Below are positions 16,407 to 25,777 of a stretch of DNA of 50,072 nucleotides, one piece after another (the first letter of the stretch is position 1; each line of letters starts with the position of its first letter). This DNA is from Syntrophomonadaceae bacterium (GTDB lineage Bacteria > Bacillota > Dethiobacteria > DTU022), in NCBI GenBank assembly GCA_003550645.1, contig PUKV01000149.1, positions 1 to 50,072 on the forward strand, written 5' to 3'. The translations under genes were made by a program, and so were the position numbers. The notes beneath the pieces are model-generated. The model saw only the letters and a list, made by a program, of their open reading frames with translations. It was not told the DNA's origin and ran no database searches.

Positions 16407-17876
16407 TTATTGTTCCGTCAGCCCGCCTTCAATGAAGGCAGCTGCTTTCTTCAGCCTCTCTACCGTTCTCTTTCGGCCCAGCAAAGCCATGATATCGAAA
16501 AGCCCGGGGCCTGCTGTTCGGCCGGTAATAGACAGCCTGGTCGGGTGGATTAAGCGGCCCGTAGAAATACCAAGATCCTCACTCAGCGATCGGTATAATG
16601 CTTCGATAGACTCTTTATCGTATGGTTCAAGCTTTTCCAGTTCCTCTGCTGCCCGGCGAACATGTTCGGCAGCATTCTCCTTGGCAAAGTGCTTATTAAC
16701 CCCTTTTTGTTCATAATCAAACTGGTCACGGTAGAAATAGCTTGATATTTCGGCCATTTCCACCAGGGTTTTTGCCCTCTCTCTCACTGTTGCAATAACC
16801 TGTTTCAGGTATTCGTAGTCATTATTATTTAGCGGAGATTCGATCAGCCCTTGTTGTTCAAAAAAAGGTATGGCTGCCCCGGTCAGCTTATCAAGATCAT
16901 ATTCACGGATGTAATGGCTGTTCATCCAGCTCAGCTTGGTAACATCGTATACGGCTGCAGTTTTAGTTACCTTGTTCAAATCAAACCTGTTTACCATTTC
17001 CGCCAACGAAAATATTTCCTCTTCCCCACCGGCACCTGGAGACCAGCCCAGCAGGGCCATGTAATTTATGAGCGCTTCCGGGAGATAACCTTCGGAGTAA
17101 AACTCTTCAACCGATGTTGCGCCATGTCTTTTACTCAACTTGCTGCGATCAGGAGCCAGGATCATCGGAACATGAGCAAAATATGGCAATTCATAGCCAA
17201 GCGCATTAACACACAGCTGCTGCCTTGGAGTGTTGGAAAGGTGCTCTTCAGCCCTGATTACGTGGGTTATCTCCATCTGGAGGTCATCAACGATGCTGGC
17301 AAAGTTGTAGGTAGGCAGCCCGTTTGATTTTATTATAATGAAATCATCAATACTGGCATTCTCGAAGCTTACCTCTCCCCTGATTTGATCCCGGACCACG
17401 GTAACATCTTGCTCAGGTGTTAACAGCCTGACCACCGGCGTTCTGCCTTCATTACGGAACTCTTCCTCCTGGCCTTCAGACAGGTTCCGGCAGCTGCCCG
17501 GGTAAAGGTAAGCCTTGCTTTCTTTTTTAGCTTCAGAACGCCCGTCCGCAAGCATCTCAGTACTGCAGTAACAGCGGTAGGCCTTATTTTCAGAAATCAG
17601 CCGTTCAGCTTCCCTGGTATACTGATCAAGCCTTTGCGACTGGTAATATGGCCCTTCATCCCATTTTAGGCCCAGCCACTGCATGGAGGCTATCAGCTTA
17701 TCGATATAATCTGAACGGGATCTTTCCAGGTCGGTATCATCTATCCTTAAAATGAGTTTTCCACCGGCATTGTGAACATATAAATAGTTAAACAGAGCGG
17801 TTCTCGCTCCGCCTATATGCAGTTCCCCTGTGGGGCTCGGTGCAAATCTGGCTCTTACCCCTGACAAATTCAACAC
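16407..17876 (-). CDS. gltX: Glutamate--tRNA ligase
   Basis: 489 aa. HIGH motif (ELHIGGARTALFNY) and KMSKS motif (KLSKRHG). GTG start at 17876; an alternative TTG at 17867 lies 6 nt after GAGGTG. Confidence 0.95.
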   Translation of the reverse strand: MLNLSGVRARFAPSPTGELHIGGARTALFNYLYVHNAGGKLILRIDDTDLERSRSDYIDKLIASMQWLGLKWDEGPYYQSQRLDQYTREAERLISENKAYRCYCSTEMLADGRSEAKKESKAYLYPGSCRNLSEGQEEEFRNEGRTPVVRLLTPEQDVTVVRDQIRGEVSFENASIDDFIIIKSNGLPTYNFASIVDDLQMEITHVIRAEEHLSNTPRQQLCVNALGYELPYFAHVPMILAPDRSKLSKRHGATSVEEFYSEGYLPEALINYMALLGWSPGAGGEEEIFSLAEMVNRFDLNKVTKTAAVYDVTKLSWMNSHYIREYDLDKLTGAAIPFFEQQGLIESPLNNNDYEYLKQVIATVRERAKTLVEMAEISSYFYRDQFDYEQKGVNKHFAKENAAEHVRRAAEELEKLEPYDKESIEALYRSLSEDLGISTGRLIHPTRLSITGRTAGPGLFDIMALLGRKRTVERLKKAAAFIEGGLTEQ

Positions 17877-17932
17877 CTCATTTCTTTTCTCAGGTTCCGC
17901 CGGATTACCGGGGGCGTTCCTGTTGCAGCTTG

Positions 17933-19063
17933 TTACCCGAGGATTGAAAGCAGGATCCCGGCGGCAACAGCAGAACCGATAACACCGGCTACGTTTGGAC
18001 CCATGGCATGCATCAAGAGGTAATTATTCGGGTTTTCTTCCTTGCCGACAAACTGTGATACCCGGGCAGCCATGGGAACTGCAGATACCCCTGCCGACCC
18101 GATCAGCGGGTTAATTTTCCCGCCTGTTACCAGGTTAAGAAGTTTGGCCATCAATACTCCTGTAGCCGTTCCAAAAGCAAAAGCAGCCAGGCCAAGGACA
18201 ATGATTTTTAATGTATCCGGGGTTAAAAAATAAACTGCTGAAGCCTTGGCTCCAACGGTCAGGCCCAGGAATATAACTATTATGTTGTTAAGCTCGTTCT
18301 GAGCTCCTTTACTTAACCTTTCAGTTACACCCGTTTCCCTGATCAGGTTGCCAAACATCAACATCCCCAAAAGCGGCAGGGCAGCAGGGAGCAGAAGCCC
18401 GGTCAGAATGATGACCACGATCGGAAACAGGATCTTTTCCTTCTGCGACACCGGCCGCAGCTGTTCCATCACAATGGTGCGCTCTTTTTTGTTGGTCAGC
18501 AGCTTCATAATCGGCGGCTGGATAATGGGCACTAAAGCCATGTACGAGTAAGCGGCAATTGCAATCGACCCTAATAGTTCCGGGGCTAAACGGCTGGCAA
18601 TAAATATTGCCGTCGGCCCATCAGCTCCGCCGATAATACCGATGGCGCCGGCTTCAGGAGCAGAAAAACCCAGAAACATGGCTCCTAAAAAAGTAAGAAA
18701 AATACCGAACTGGGCTGCAGCACCCAAAAGCAGGGTAACGGGGTTGGCAATGAGGGGGCCGAAATCGGTCATGGCCCCGACTCCAAGGAATATCAAGGGA
18801 GGATAAATACCAAGTTCCAGGCCTAACGAAAGATAATAAAGGAGCCCGCCGACTTCTTCGGCCGTTCCCGGTTCCATGAGGCCACCAAGCGGTAAATTAA
18901 CCAGCAGCACCCCAAAACTGATTGGAACCAGGAGTAAGGGTTCGTATTTTTTTGCAATTCCCAGGTAAAGCAGGATGCAGGCTATAACGATCATGATTAA
19001 TTCATTGACTTGCAGGTTTAAATAACCGGTACTTCTTATAAACTCAACCAGTAAATCTGTCAT
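17933..19063 (-). CDS. Na+-transporting carboxylic-acid decarboxylase beta subunit (OadB/MmdB/GcdB family)
   Basis: 376 aa polytopic membrane protein with typical OadB-family sequence ([11 protein letters not shown]..., [17 protein letters not shown]). Confidence 0.9.
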   Translation of the reverse strand: MTDLLVEFIRSTGYLNLQVNELIMIVIACILLYLGIAKKYEPLLLVPISFGVLLVNLPLGGLMEPGTAEEVGGLLYYLSLGLELGIYPPLIFLGVGAMTDFGPLIANPVTLLLGAAAQFGIFLTFLGAMFLGFSAPEAGAIGIIGGADGPTAIFIASRLAPELLGSIAIAAYSYMALVPIIQPPIMKLLTNKKERTIVMEQLRPVSQKEKILFPIVVIILTGLLLPAALPLLGMLMFGNLIRETGVTERLSKGAQNELNNIIVIFLGLTVGAKASAVYFLTPDTLKIIVLGLAAFAFGTATGVLMAKLLNLVTGGKINPLIGSAGVSAVPMAARVSQFVGKEENPNNYLLMHAMGPNVAGVIGSAVAAGILLSILG

Positions 19064-19115
19064 CTAAGCTTAACCCCTTTCTGGTTCATCGTTAAGTCTT
19101 TTGCCGGGTATGTTT

Positions 19116-19541
19116 TCAAGTAAGGACGACTAAGGGGTCTCCACTGTTGACCGAATCACCTTTCTTAACCATGACCCTGGAAACGGTGCCCGGTTGTGAA
19201 GCAGAAAGTTCGTTTTCCATTTTCATAGCTTCCAGAACCAGCAGCACATCCCCGTCTTTGACCGAATCCCCTTCACTTACTTTAACTTCAAGAACCGAGC
19301 CCGGCATCGGAGCTTTAAGAGTATAGCCCTGGCCGGCCGCTGGCGCCGCCTCGGGCGTTTCTTCCTGCTTCTGCCCGGCTGCCGGGGCTTCCTTAGCGGG
19401 AGCCGGCCTGGGACTTTCAGCAACTGCCGGGGAACCGGTGTTTTTCGCCGTTTTTTCAGGTTCCTGGTTCGAGTTATCTGCTATTTCTTCCACTTTTACA
19501 GTATAAATTTGGTTGTCAACGGTTACCTTAAATGTTTTCAC
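19116..19541 (-). CDS. Biotin carboxyl carrier subunit of the decarboxylase
   Basis: 141 aa. Ala/Pro-rich linker and a biotinyl-lysine motif EAMKMENE in a C-terminal lipoyl-like domain. GTG start 10 nt after AGGAGG. Confidence 0.85.
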   Translation of the reverse strand: MKTFKVTVDNQIYTVKVEEIADNSNQEPEKTAKNTGSPAVAESPRPAPAKEAPAAGQKQEETPEAAPAAGQGYTLKAPMPGSVLEVKVSEGDSVKDGDVLLVLEAMKMENELSASQPGTVSRVMVKKGDSVNSGDPLVVLT

Positions 19542-19926
19542 GTTTTTTCTTCCTCCTAATATTTTCTAGCTCTAAACTGCTTTCGAGCAGTTCCTTCCGG
19601 CCAATAAATTTCCAGCTGCCGCCTTTCACACCACCAGATGGTTGGACGGCAATACTAAGTGGTCCGGTAAAATGAGCTTGATCAGTTTGCATATACTGGT
19701 ATACAGCACCCAGGATAGCCGCAACCACACGCCCGTTATCTTCCTGAGGACTTTCAACTTGAGATGACGCTGCTTCTGCTGCAGTCTTGCTTTCGGACGG
19801 TGCAGCAACCGGCTGGTATAAAAGCCTGTTAAACAAGATTAAAACACCATAAAGCCCGAAAAGGGTAACCAGAACAACTGAAAAACCGAGGACCATGACC
19901 TGTAGTGCAAAGTCTAAATTCTCCAT
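19528..19926 (-). CDS. OadG-like small membrane subunit of the decarboxylase
   Basis: Trimmed to ATG 19926, which follows GGAGG. MENLDFALQVMVLGFSVVLVTLFGLYGVLILF is an N-terminal TM helix typical of OadG/MmdD-like subunits. It overlaps the carrier gene by 14 nt. Confidence 0.65.
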   Translation of the reverse strand: MENLDFALQVMVLGFSVVLVTLFGLYGVLILFNRLLYQPVAAPSESKTAAEAASSQVESPQEDNGRVVAAILGAVYQYMQTDQAHFTGPLSIAVQPSGGVKGGSWKFIGRKELLESSLELENIRRKKKRENI

Positions 19927-19968
19927 ACAGCGTTTGTACCTCCATTCTTCCCTCGAAGCATATTCTAT

Positions 19969-19997
19969 ATTGTAGCACTTTCTTATATGGATGTAAA
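19969..19997 (-). promoter_or_regulatory. Putative promoter of the decarboxylase operon
   Basis: On the - strand: TTTACA (19992-19997), a 17-nt spacer, then TACAAT (19969-19974), about 40 nt upstream of the oadG-like start. Confidence 0.5.
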
Positions 19998-20256
19998 CGC
20001 GAAAAACCGCCAGTTGCAGGTAACAATGCCCTTTAAAGATCATGTTACCAGGCCGTTAATAAGGGGTTGGGAATGAAAAGAGACCTCGTTCAGTGCAGCA
20101 GTAGAACACCGGTTTGGTGTGTTTGCATAAATAAATAATCTGATCCATAATAAAGCTAACTAATTACGCTAACCTGGTTCCTGCCAGCTGAATACTAACT
20201 ACAAGCTACAGGTTTTAGCATCGAAAGGAGGTTGTTCCGCATAAGCGGATTTTGAG

Positions 20257-20733
20257 ATGGCTAAAGTACTGGTAATTTACCACAGCCGCAGTGGAAACAC
20301 CCGCAAAATGGCCGATGCCGTTGTAGAGGGGGCAAAAAATGCCGGGGCAGAAGTGACCCTGGGTGATGTAAAAGACACTGATCCAAAGCAACTGCTGGAT
20401 TACGACGCAATAATTGCCGGTTCACCTACTTACTACGGTATTATTGCAGCTGAGATGAAAGATTTTTTTGATCGCAGTGTCAAATATCACGGCAAGCTTG
20501 AAGGCAAAGTCGGGGGCGCGTTTGCCAGCGCCATGGCTCTTGGAGGCGGCAATGAAACCACAGTGATGAGTATCCTGCAGATCATGCTTGTTCATGGAAT
20601 GATTGTCCAGGGCAAAACCAGGAAAAACCATTACGGAGCGGTTTCCATAAGCGCTCCTGATGAAGAAGCTAAAGAAGAATGCAGGCAGTTGGGATCCAGG
20701 ATTGCTACCCTGGCCGGCAATCTTTTTGATTAA
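20257..20733 (+). CDS. Flavodoxin-fold FMN protein (WrbA/NAD(P)H-quinone-reductase-like)
   Basis: 158 aa. MAKVLVIYHSRSGNTRKMA... and GSPTYYG FMN-binding signatures. Confidence 0.8.
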   Translation: MAKVLVIYHSRSGNTRKMADAVVEGAKNAGAEVTLGDVKDTDPKQLLDYDAIIAGSPTYYGIIAAEMKDFFDRSVKYHGKLEGKVGGAFASAMALGGGNETTVMSILQIMLVHGMIVQGKTRKNHYGAVSISAPDEEAKEECRQLGSRIATLAGNLFD

Positions 20734-21566
20734 CCATGTCCAACCTGTGAGGCAATTTTTTTCAACTGATCAAGATAATAGCTTGCTACAGCCAGGTGCC
20801 GTGGGTACCTGGCTGTTCGCTCCCGGCTCCCATGAAAATCTGAACCGCCTGTAACAACCAGTCCTTGAGAAAAGGCCAACTCATGGTAGTATTGTTTTTG
20901 GGCGGTGCTGTGATCGGGGTGAAACACTTCTATCCCCTGTAATCCCATGGGGATAAGCCTGTCTATAATGGCTTTTCCAAGATCACCGGGATGAGCAATT
21001 ACTTTCACCGCTTTGACAGCACTCAACAGATTCATAGCTCGTTTCAAGGTCATCAGGTGACGCGGCACATAAGCCCCGCGATCAGGGTTCAGGTAAAGCG
21101 AGAAGGCCTCATCAAGACAGTGAACATATTTTTTTCTCAAGAGCACCCTGGCCAAATGAAGCCTGCCGGGCGCAGAATCCCCGGCTTCGGCTAAAACTTC
21201 TTCCGGGTTAACCTTAAATCCAAGGTTGTTTAATCTGGCAACAATTTTATCCATGCGGCTGTATCTTTCCGCCCTGATATCTTCCAGTTCTGAGTTGAGC
21301 AGCTCAGTATCCACCGGGTAATAGCCCAGGATATGGATCTCCCTTTTTCCTTCCAGGACGCTCAGTTCAACCCCGGGAACAAGTTCCAGGCCATATTTTT
21401 CTGCCACAGCCAGGGCTTCGGGCAACCCCTGGACCGTATCGTGATCGGTTAATCCAACAGCGGCAATCCCGGCCCGGCCGACTATCTCAAGCAGTTCAGC
21501 AGGGCTAAATATCCCATCTGAAGCATTGCTGTGCATGTGTAGATCAACTAATTGTCCGGTATTCAT
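20730..21566 (-). CDS. PHP-domain phosphoesterase (TrpH/YciV-like)
   Basis: 278 aa. DLHMHSNASDG and GLTDHD metal-binding motifs with C-terminal GGSDFHG. Its stop codon overlaps the flavodoxin stop (TTAA). Confidence 0.85.
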   Translation of the reverse strand: MNTGQLVDLHMHSNASDGIFSPAELLEIVGRAGIAAVGLTDHDTVQGLPEALAVAEKYGLELVPGVELSVLEGKREIHILGYYPVDTELLNSELEDIRAERYSRMDKIVARLNNLGFKVNPEEVLAEAGDSAPGRLHLARVLLRKKYVHCLDEAFSLYLNPDRGAYVPRHLMTLKRAMNLLSAVKAVKVIAHPGDLGKAIIDRLIPMGLQGIEVFHPDHSTAQKQYYHELAFSQGLVVTGGSDFHGSRERTARYPRHLAVASYYLDQLKKIASQVGHG

Positions 21567-21654
21567 ATGATCAATCTCTTTTTCCTCTTTTTCTTTTAAC
21601 TATTAGGTTTGGTCTAACCTGCTTTCAGTATTATATCAGTACCTGGTAAAGCGC

Positions 21655-21696
21655 ACAAAAAAACACCCTTGATAATAAGTAGAACCAAAGGGTGTT
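21655..21696 (-). terminator. Intrinsic terminator downstream of spoVS
   Basis: On the - strand: a 9-bp stem AACACCCTT / AAGGGTGTT followed by a T-run. Confidence 0.6.
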
Positions 21697-21751
21697 TGGT
21701 GCAAGTTTGCAGGCTGGTTTTAATGCAGCTTCCTTCAGCGAGGCTCGATAA

Positions 21752-22012
21752 TCAACGAGGTTCGATAATCAGCTTGATTGCGGTGCGTTCCTCCCCGTCA
21801 ATTTCAATATCCGTAAAGGCTGGAATACAGATCAGGTCGATTCCGCCCGGCGCGACAAAACCCCGGGCAATGGCTACTGCTTTTACAGCCTGGTTAAGAG
21901 CTCCAGCACCAATGGTCTGGACTTCTGCTGCCCCTCTTTCTCTAAGCACTCCTGCTAACGCTCCGGCTACTGAATTAGGATTGGACTTTGCTGAGACTTT
22001 TAATACTTCCAT
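21752..22012 (-). CDS. spoVS: Stage V sporulation protein S
   Basis: 86 aa. MEVLKVSAKSNPNSVAGALAGVLRE...AVKAVAIARGF is near-canonical SpoVS. RBS AAGGAGG. Confidence 0.95.
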   Translation of the reverse strand: MEVLKVSAKSNPNSVAGALAGVLRERGAAEVQTIGAGALNQAVKAVAIARGFVAPGGIDLICIPAFTDIEIDGEERTAIKLIIEPR

Positions 22013-22105
22013 TTGTTGTGATCCTCCTTTGCGGATTTCACTACTGTATTCGACTTAAGCTTTAGATTTCCTGCCTGAATTATATGAATAATTTGATATA
22101 ATTGT

Positions 22106-22885
22106 TTATGATAACTCGTTGATGCGCCTTATGGAAACAGCCTCACCGCTGTTTTCATTTATTTCAATATCAACAGCATTAAAAACCTCTCTTCCCCTGG
22201 ATATTTCCAGCTTGTGGGGCAGCTGGGTTAGAAACCTTTGCAACGGCCCTTTCTTATCCACGCCCAGGATGGAATCGTAAAGGCCGGCCATCCCCACATC
22301 AGTTATATAGGCTGTATTGCCAGGCAAAATCCTTTCATCTGCAGTTTGGACATGAGTGTGCGTGCCGACTACGGCGCTTACTTTTCCGCTTAAGAACCAG
22401 CCCATGGCCTGTTTTTCAGATGTAGCCTCGGCATGCATGTCGACAATAATGACTTTCGCTTCACTTTTCAACTCTGTCAACACTTTTTCGACAGTTCTAA
22501 AAGGGCAATCAACCGGGTTCATAAATATTCGGCCCACCAGATTAATAACGGCAATATCGACTCCACTGCGCTCCAAAATTGCGTAACCACTACCCGGTGT
22601 TGTTTCCGGTGGAAAATTTAAAGGCCTGATTAACCCCGGTTCCTGATCTATAAAATTGAAAACATCCTTCTTGTCCCAGATATGGTTGCCGCCGGTCAAC
22701 AGATCTACTCCAGTTTCCCTTAATTCATGAAATGCTTTTTCAGTTATCCCGGTTCCGCCGGCTGCGTTTTCGCCATTAGCTACTATTAAATCGTAATTAT
22801 GACAGTTGATCAGTTTAGGCAACATTTTTTGCAGGCATATTCTTCCCGGTTTTCCAACCACATCGCCTATGAATAAAAGCCGCAT
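22106..22885 (-). CDS. ymdB: YmdB-family metallophosphoesterase (2',3'-cyclic-nucleotide phosphodiesterase)
   Basis: 259 aa. MRLLFIGDVVGKPGR, ANGENAAGG, GNHIWD and GTHTHVQTAD. Conserved position between rny and spoVS. Confidence 0.9.
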   Translation of the reverse strand: MRLLFIGDVVGKPGRICLQKMLPKLINCHNYDLIVANGENAAGGTGITEKAFHELRETGVDLLTGGNHIWDKKDVFNFIDQEPGLIRPLNFPPETTPGSGYAILERSGVDIAVINLVGRIFMNPVDCPFRTVEKVLTELKSEAKVIIVDMHAEATSEKQAMGWFLSGKVSAVVGTHTHVQTADERILPGNTAYITDVGMAGLYDSILGVDKKGPLQRFLTQLPHKLEISRGREVFNAVDIEINENSGEAVSIRRINELS

Positions 22886-23104
22886 CAGATCTCTCCAGGC
22901 TCTATAGAATATTTATTTTTGCTTCGTCTGCCATTGCAACCGCTCTAGCGCAATATCACCTGTCCAAAATAAAACACGGCTGTTCAGTAACAATTCATAT
23001 ATTAAGTCAAAACCTTATGCCGCTTATTTAATACTATTGTTTGGGCAACTAGACAAACTTTTCTTTATATATATTCTTTTATGGCCTTATTAATTCCTGC
23101 CGCT

Positions 23105-23150
23105 AAAATAATTCCCCTTAATAATCTGCTGAGATTACTAAGGGGAATTC
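23105..23150 (-). terminator. Intrinsic terminator downstream of rny
   Basis: On the - strand: an 11-bp stem AATTCCCCTTA / TAAGGGGAATT followed by ATTTT. Confidence 0.65.
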
Positions 23151-23202
23151 AAACTTGCAGGTAACTGAAGTAAAAGCTTGTTTATGATAGTACAAATATC
23201 TT

Positions 23203-24747
23203 TTACCTGGCGTAATCAACCGCCCTGGTTTCCCGGATCACGGTAACCTTGATTTGTCCGGGATATTCAAGCTCACTTTCTACTTTTTTAACGATGTCCC
23301 GCGCTACCTTGATGGAGGAATAATCATCAATCCGGTCCGGCTTAACCATGATCCTGATTTCACGGCCGGCATGGATGGCATAGGCTTTTTCCACACCATC
23401 AAAGGAATCGGCAATGTTTTCCAGTTTTTCGAGCCTCTTAATGTAAGCTTCAAGGGTTTCACGCCTGGCCCCCGGGCGAACAGCAGAAATAGCATCTGCA
23501 GACTGGATTAATACTGCTTCGAGAGTATTAAAATCAGTGTCGCCGTGATGGGCGGCAACAGCATTAAGTATTGCCGGCGATTCCTTGTATTTTTTGGCCA
23601 GATCGGCACCGATCTGAACGTGAGATCCCTCTGTTTCATGATCGATAGCCTTGCCAATGTCATGCAGCAGCCCGGCTCGCTTGGACATCGTAATATCCAG
23701 TCCCAGTTCGGCGGCCATTATGCCGGCCAGGTGGGAAACCTCGATCGAATGCTGCAGAACATTTTGCCCGTAGCTGGTCCGGTAACGCAATTTACCCAGC
23801 AGGGTCACCAGTTCCGGGTGTAAACCGTGCACTTTGGTTTCAAAAGTGGCGCGTTCACCTTCTTCTTTGATCTGGGCATCAATTTCTTTCCTGGTTTTTT
23901 CAACGATTTCTTCAATCCTGGCCGGATGGATCCGACCATCGCTGACCAGTTTTTCCAGGGCAATGCGGGCAACTTCCCGCCTGATGGGATCAAAGCCGGA
24001 AATTATCACCGCTTCAGGGGTATCATCAATAATTAAATCAATCCCCGTCAGTGTTTCCAGGGCCCGGATGTTCCTCCCTTCCCTGCCAATGATGCGGCCT
24101 TTCATTTCATCATTGGGCAGGTTGACGACAGAAACCGTGGACTCCGATACATGATCTGCGGCGCATCTTTGAATTGCCAGGGTAACAATTTCTCTAGCCT
24201 TCTTATCGCCTTCTTCTTTAGCCTGGTTCTCCATGTCTTTAACCAGCATGGTGATTTCGTGGTCGATATCTTCGCGGACTCTCTGCAGTAACAGCTCTTT
24301 GGCTTCATCTGAAGTCATACCGGAGATTTTCTCCAGTTCAGAAAGCTGTTCCTGATGAAGCTCCTGCAGCTTTTCTTCAGTTTTCTTGTTTTCTTCTTCT
24401 TTTTTTCTAAGGTCCTCTTCTTTACGCTCTACATTGCTGATCTTACGATCAAGGCTTTCTTCTTTTTGAAGTAACCTGCGCTCCATCCTTTGAAGTTCGG
24501 AACGTCTTTCTTTGCTCTCTTTTTCCAGCTCATTCCTGAGCCGGTGAGTCTCTTCTTTTGCCTCGATCTCTTTTTCTCTCTTCAGGGCATTTGCTTCTTG
24601 TGTAGCTTCATCGACTATTTTCTTTGCCGCGGCTTCGGCTGAAGCAATCCTGGCTTCAGCAGTCATCTTACGGATTAAATATCCGATTCCTGCTCCAATC
24701 AGCACGGCGACTGCAATGATTATGACTGTGTTTGGCACCTTAATCAC
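23203..24747 (-). CDS. rny: Ribonuclease Y
   Basis: 514 aa. N-terminal TM helix, coiled coil, KH domain ([12 protein letters not shown]) and HD domain (LLHDIGKA). The likely true start is the second GTG at 24738, 8 nt after GGAGGTG. Confidence 0.95.
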   Translation of the reverse strand: MIKVPNTVIIIAVAVLIGAGIGYLIRKMTAEARIASAEAAAKKIVDEATQEANALKREKEIEAKEETHRLRNELEKESKERRSELQRMERRLLQKEESLDRKISNVERKEEDLRKKEEENKKTEEKLQELHQEQLSELEKISGMTSDEAKELLLQRVREDIDHEITMLVKDMENQAKEEGDKKAREIVTLAIQRCAADHVSESTVSVVNLPNDEMKGRIIGREGRNIRALETLTGIDLIIDDTPEAVIISGFDPIRREVARIALEKLVSDGRIHPARIEEIVEKTRKEIDAQIKEEGERATFETKVHGLHPELVTLLGKLRYRTSYGQNVLQHSIEVSHLAGIMAAELGLDITMSKRAGLLHDIGKAIDHETEGSHVQIGADLAKKYKESPAILNAVAAHHGDTDFNTLEAVLIQSADAISAVRPGARRETLEAYIKRLEKLENIADSFDGVEKAYAIHAGREIRIMVKPDRIDDYSSIKVARDIVKKVESELEYPGQIKVTVIRETRAVDYAR

Positions 24748-24825
24748 CTCCGCTTCCTTGTTGTTAGGGGCTTTAATTGCTCCTTCGTTGCAAAATTACG
24801 TCACTTATCTTCTCAGTATTGCTCT

Positions 24826-24897
24826 TAAAAATAAGATAAGCTGCGTCCAGGACACAGCTTTAAGAGAAAGGTCAGAAAAGGGTATATTACCACCCTT
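24826..24897 (-). terminator. Two terminator-like hairpins in the recX-rny spacer
   Basis: On the - strand: AAGGGT-8 nt-ACCCTT then TTTCT (24878-24897), and AAGCTGTG-7 nt-CGCAGCTT then ATCTTATTTTT (24826-24860). They could terminate recA-recX transcripts and/or attenuate an rny leader. Confidence 0.4.
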
Positions 24898-25018
24898 ATT
24901 CTGAAAATTTGATTATGCATTTTTATCTATCCACAGTGCTTACAGGCACCAAGGGCTTTCTCTTAACAGTTATGCTCTGAACTGCTCTGGCCAAACATAT
25001 TTTCTATTTTATAATTCA

Positions 25019-25047
25019 ATTTTAGCTTTTGTAGAATATTATGTCAA
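25019..25047 (-). promoter_or_regulatory. Putative promoter immediately downstream of recX (rny leader)
   Basis: On the - strand: TTGACA (25042-25047), a 17-nt spacer, then TAAAAT (25019-25024). Confidence 0.5.
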
Positions 25048-25054
25048 GCAAAGA

Positions 25055-25543
25055 TCATTCCACCGGATCAAAGTCTTTTAATGCTTTCATGATCAGGTTG
25101 TCCTGGAACCCGCGCCGCTTCAAAAAAGCTGCTTCACGCCGCATTAAACTTTCCCGTTTCTTTTCAACCTGATCAATGCCCGCCCGCCTGGCCATGCGCT
25201 GTTCCAGGAGTTCTTTAATCCTGGCCAGATCCTGGTCAGGGTCAAAATGCTCGGCTACCTTTTGATCGACAATTTGCTCATCAATGCCTTTCATGTACAA
25301 TTCATAGCGGACTTTTTTTATCCCGTGGCCGTGAGCCTTTCTGCCGGTGATAAAATCTTCTGCGAACTGTTCATCATTGATGTAACCGTACCCTTCCATC
25401 TCTTTTACTATAATTTCGCTTACTGGTGCCGAAAAACCCTTCCGATCCAGGTAATCATGGACTTCTTTCCGGCTGCGGGCCCGGAAAGATAATAACCGCA
25501 GAACCATGTTGCGCGCTTTTTTTAATACTCCTTCCTCATCCAA
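25055..25543 (-). CDS. recX: Recombination regulator RecX
   Basis: 162 aa with a three-repeat helical RecX pattern (RSRKEVHDYLDRKGF..., AEDFI...). It lies directly downstream of recA. The start is uncertain (TTG 25543 or an internal ATG). Confidence 0.85.
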   Translation of the reverse strand: MDEEGVLKKARNMVLRLLSFRARSRKEVHDYLDRKGFSAPVSEIIVKEMEGYGYINDEQFAEDFITGRKAHGHGIKKVRYELYMKGIDEQIVDQKVAEHFDPDQDLARIKELLEQRMARRAGIDQVEKKRESLMRREAAFLKRRGFQDNLIMKALKDFDPVE

Positions 25544-25558
25544 GCGGCTTCAACTCCA

Positions 25559-25777
25559 TCAAGGCTGCTTTTTCTGGTTTTGCGCGGAAGGCTTGTCGGC
25601 ATTCTCCCTGTCTTCTTCTCCGCCTGATCCCGCGTTAGCGGGCTTTGCAGCAGGCAATCCGGCTAATTCACGGACTTTCTGTTCGATATCCTGCCGGACC
25701 TGGGGGTTCTCGATCAGGTAATCCCTGACATTTTCCCGGCCCTGGCCGAGCCGTTCTTCACCGTAGGAATACCAGGC
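25559..25777 (-). other. recA: recA C-terminal domain reading frame stranded behind an in-frame TGA
   Basis: The same frame as recA continues for 72 codons ([40 protein letters not shown]...) to TGA at 25559-25561. It matches the conserved RecA C-terminal domain and has no start codon of its own. Confidence 0.85.

Noticed and set aside
19528-20043. The full 171-aa ORF as the OadG-like gene
   Set aside because: The first 39 codons overlap the predicted promoter and have no RBS. ATG 19926 has a GGAGG and begins the expected N-terminal TM helix.
20730-20733. A 4-nt overlap of the convergent stop codons of the flavodoxin and PHP genes (TTAA)
   Set aside because: It is a real overlap, but a trivial consequence of the palindromic TAA/TTA. 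It only implies there is no room for a terminator between the genes, and nothing suggests regulation.
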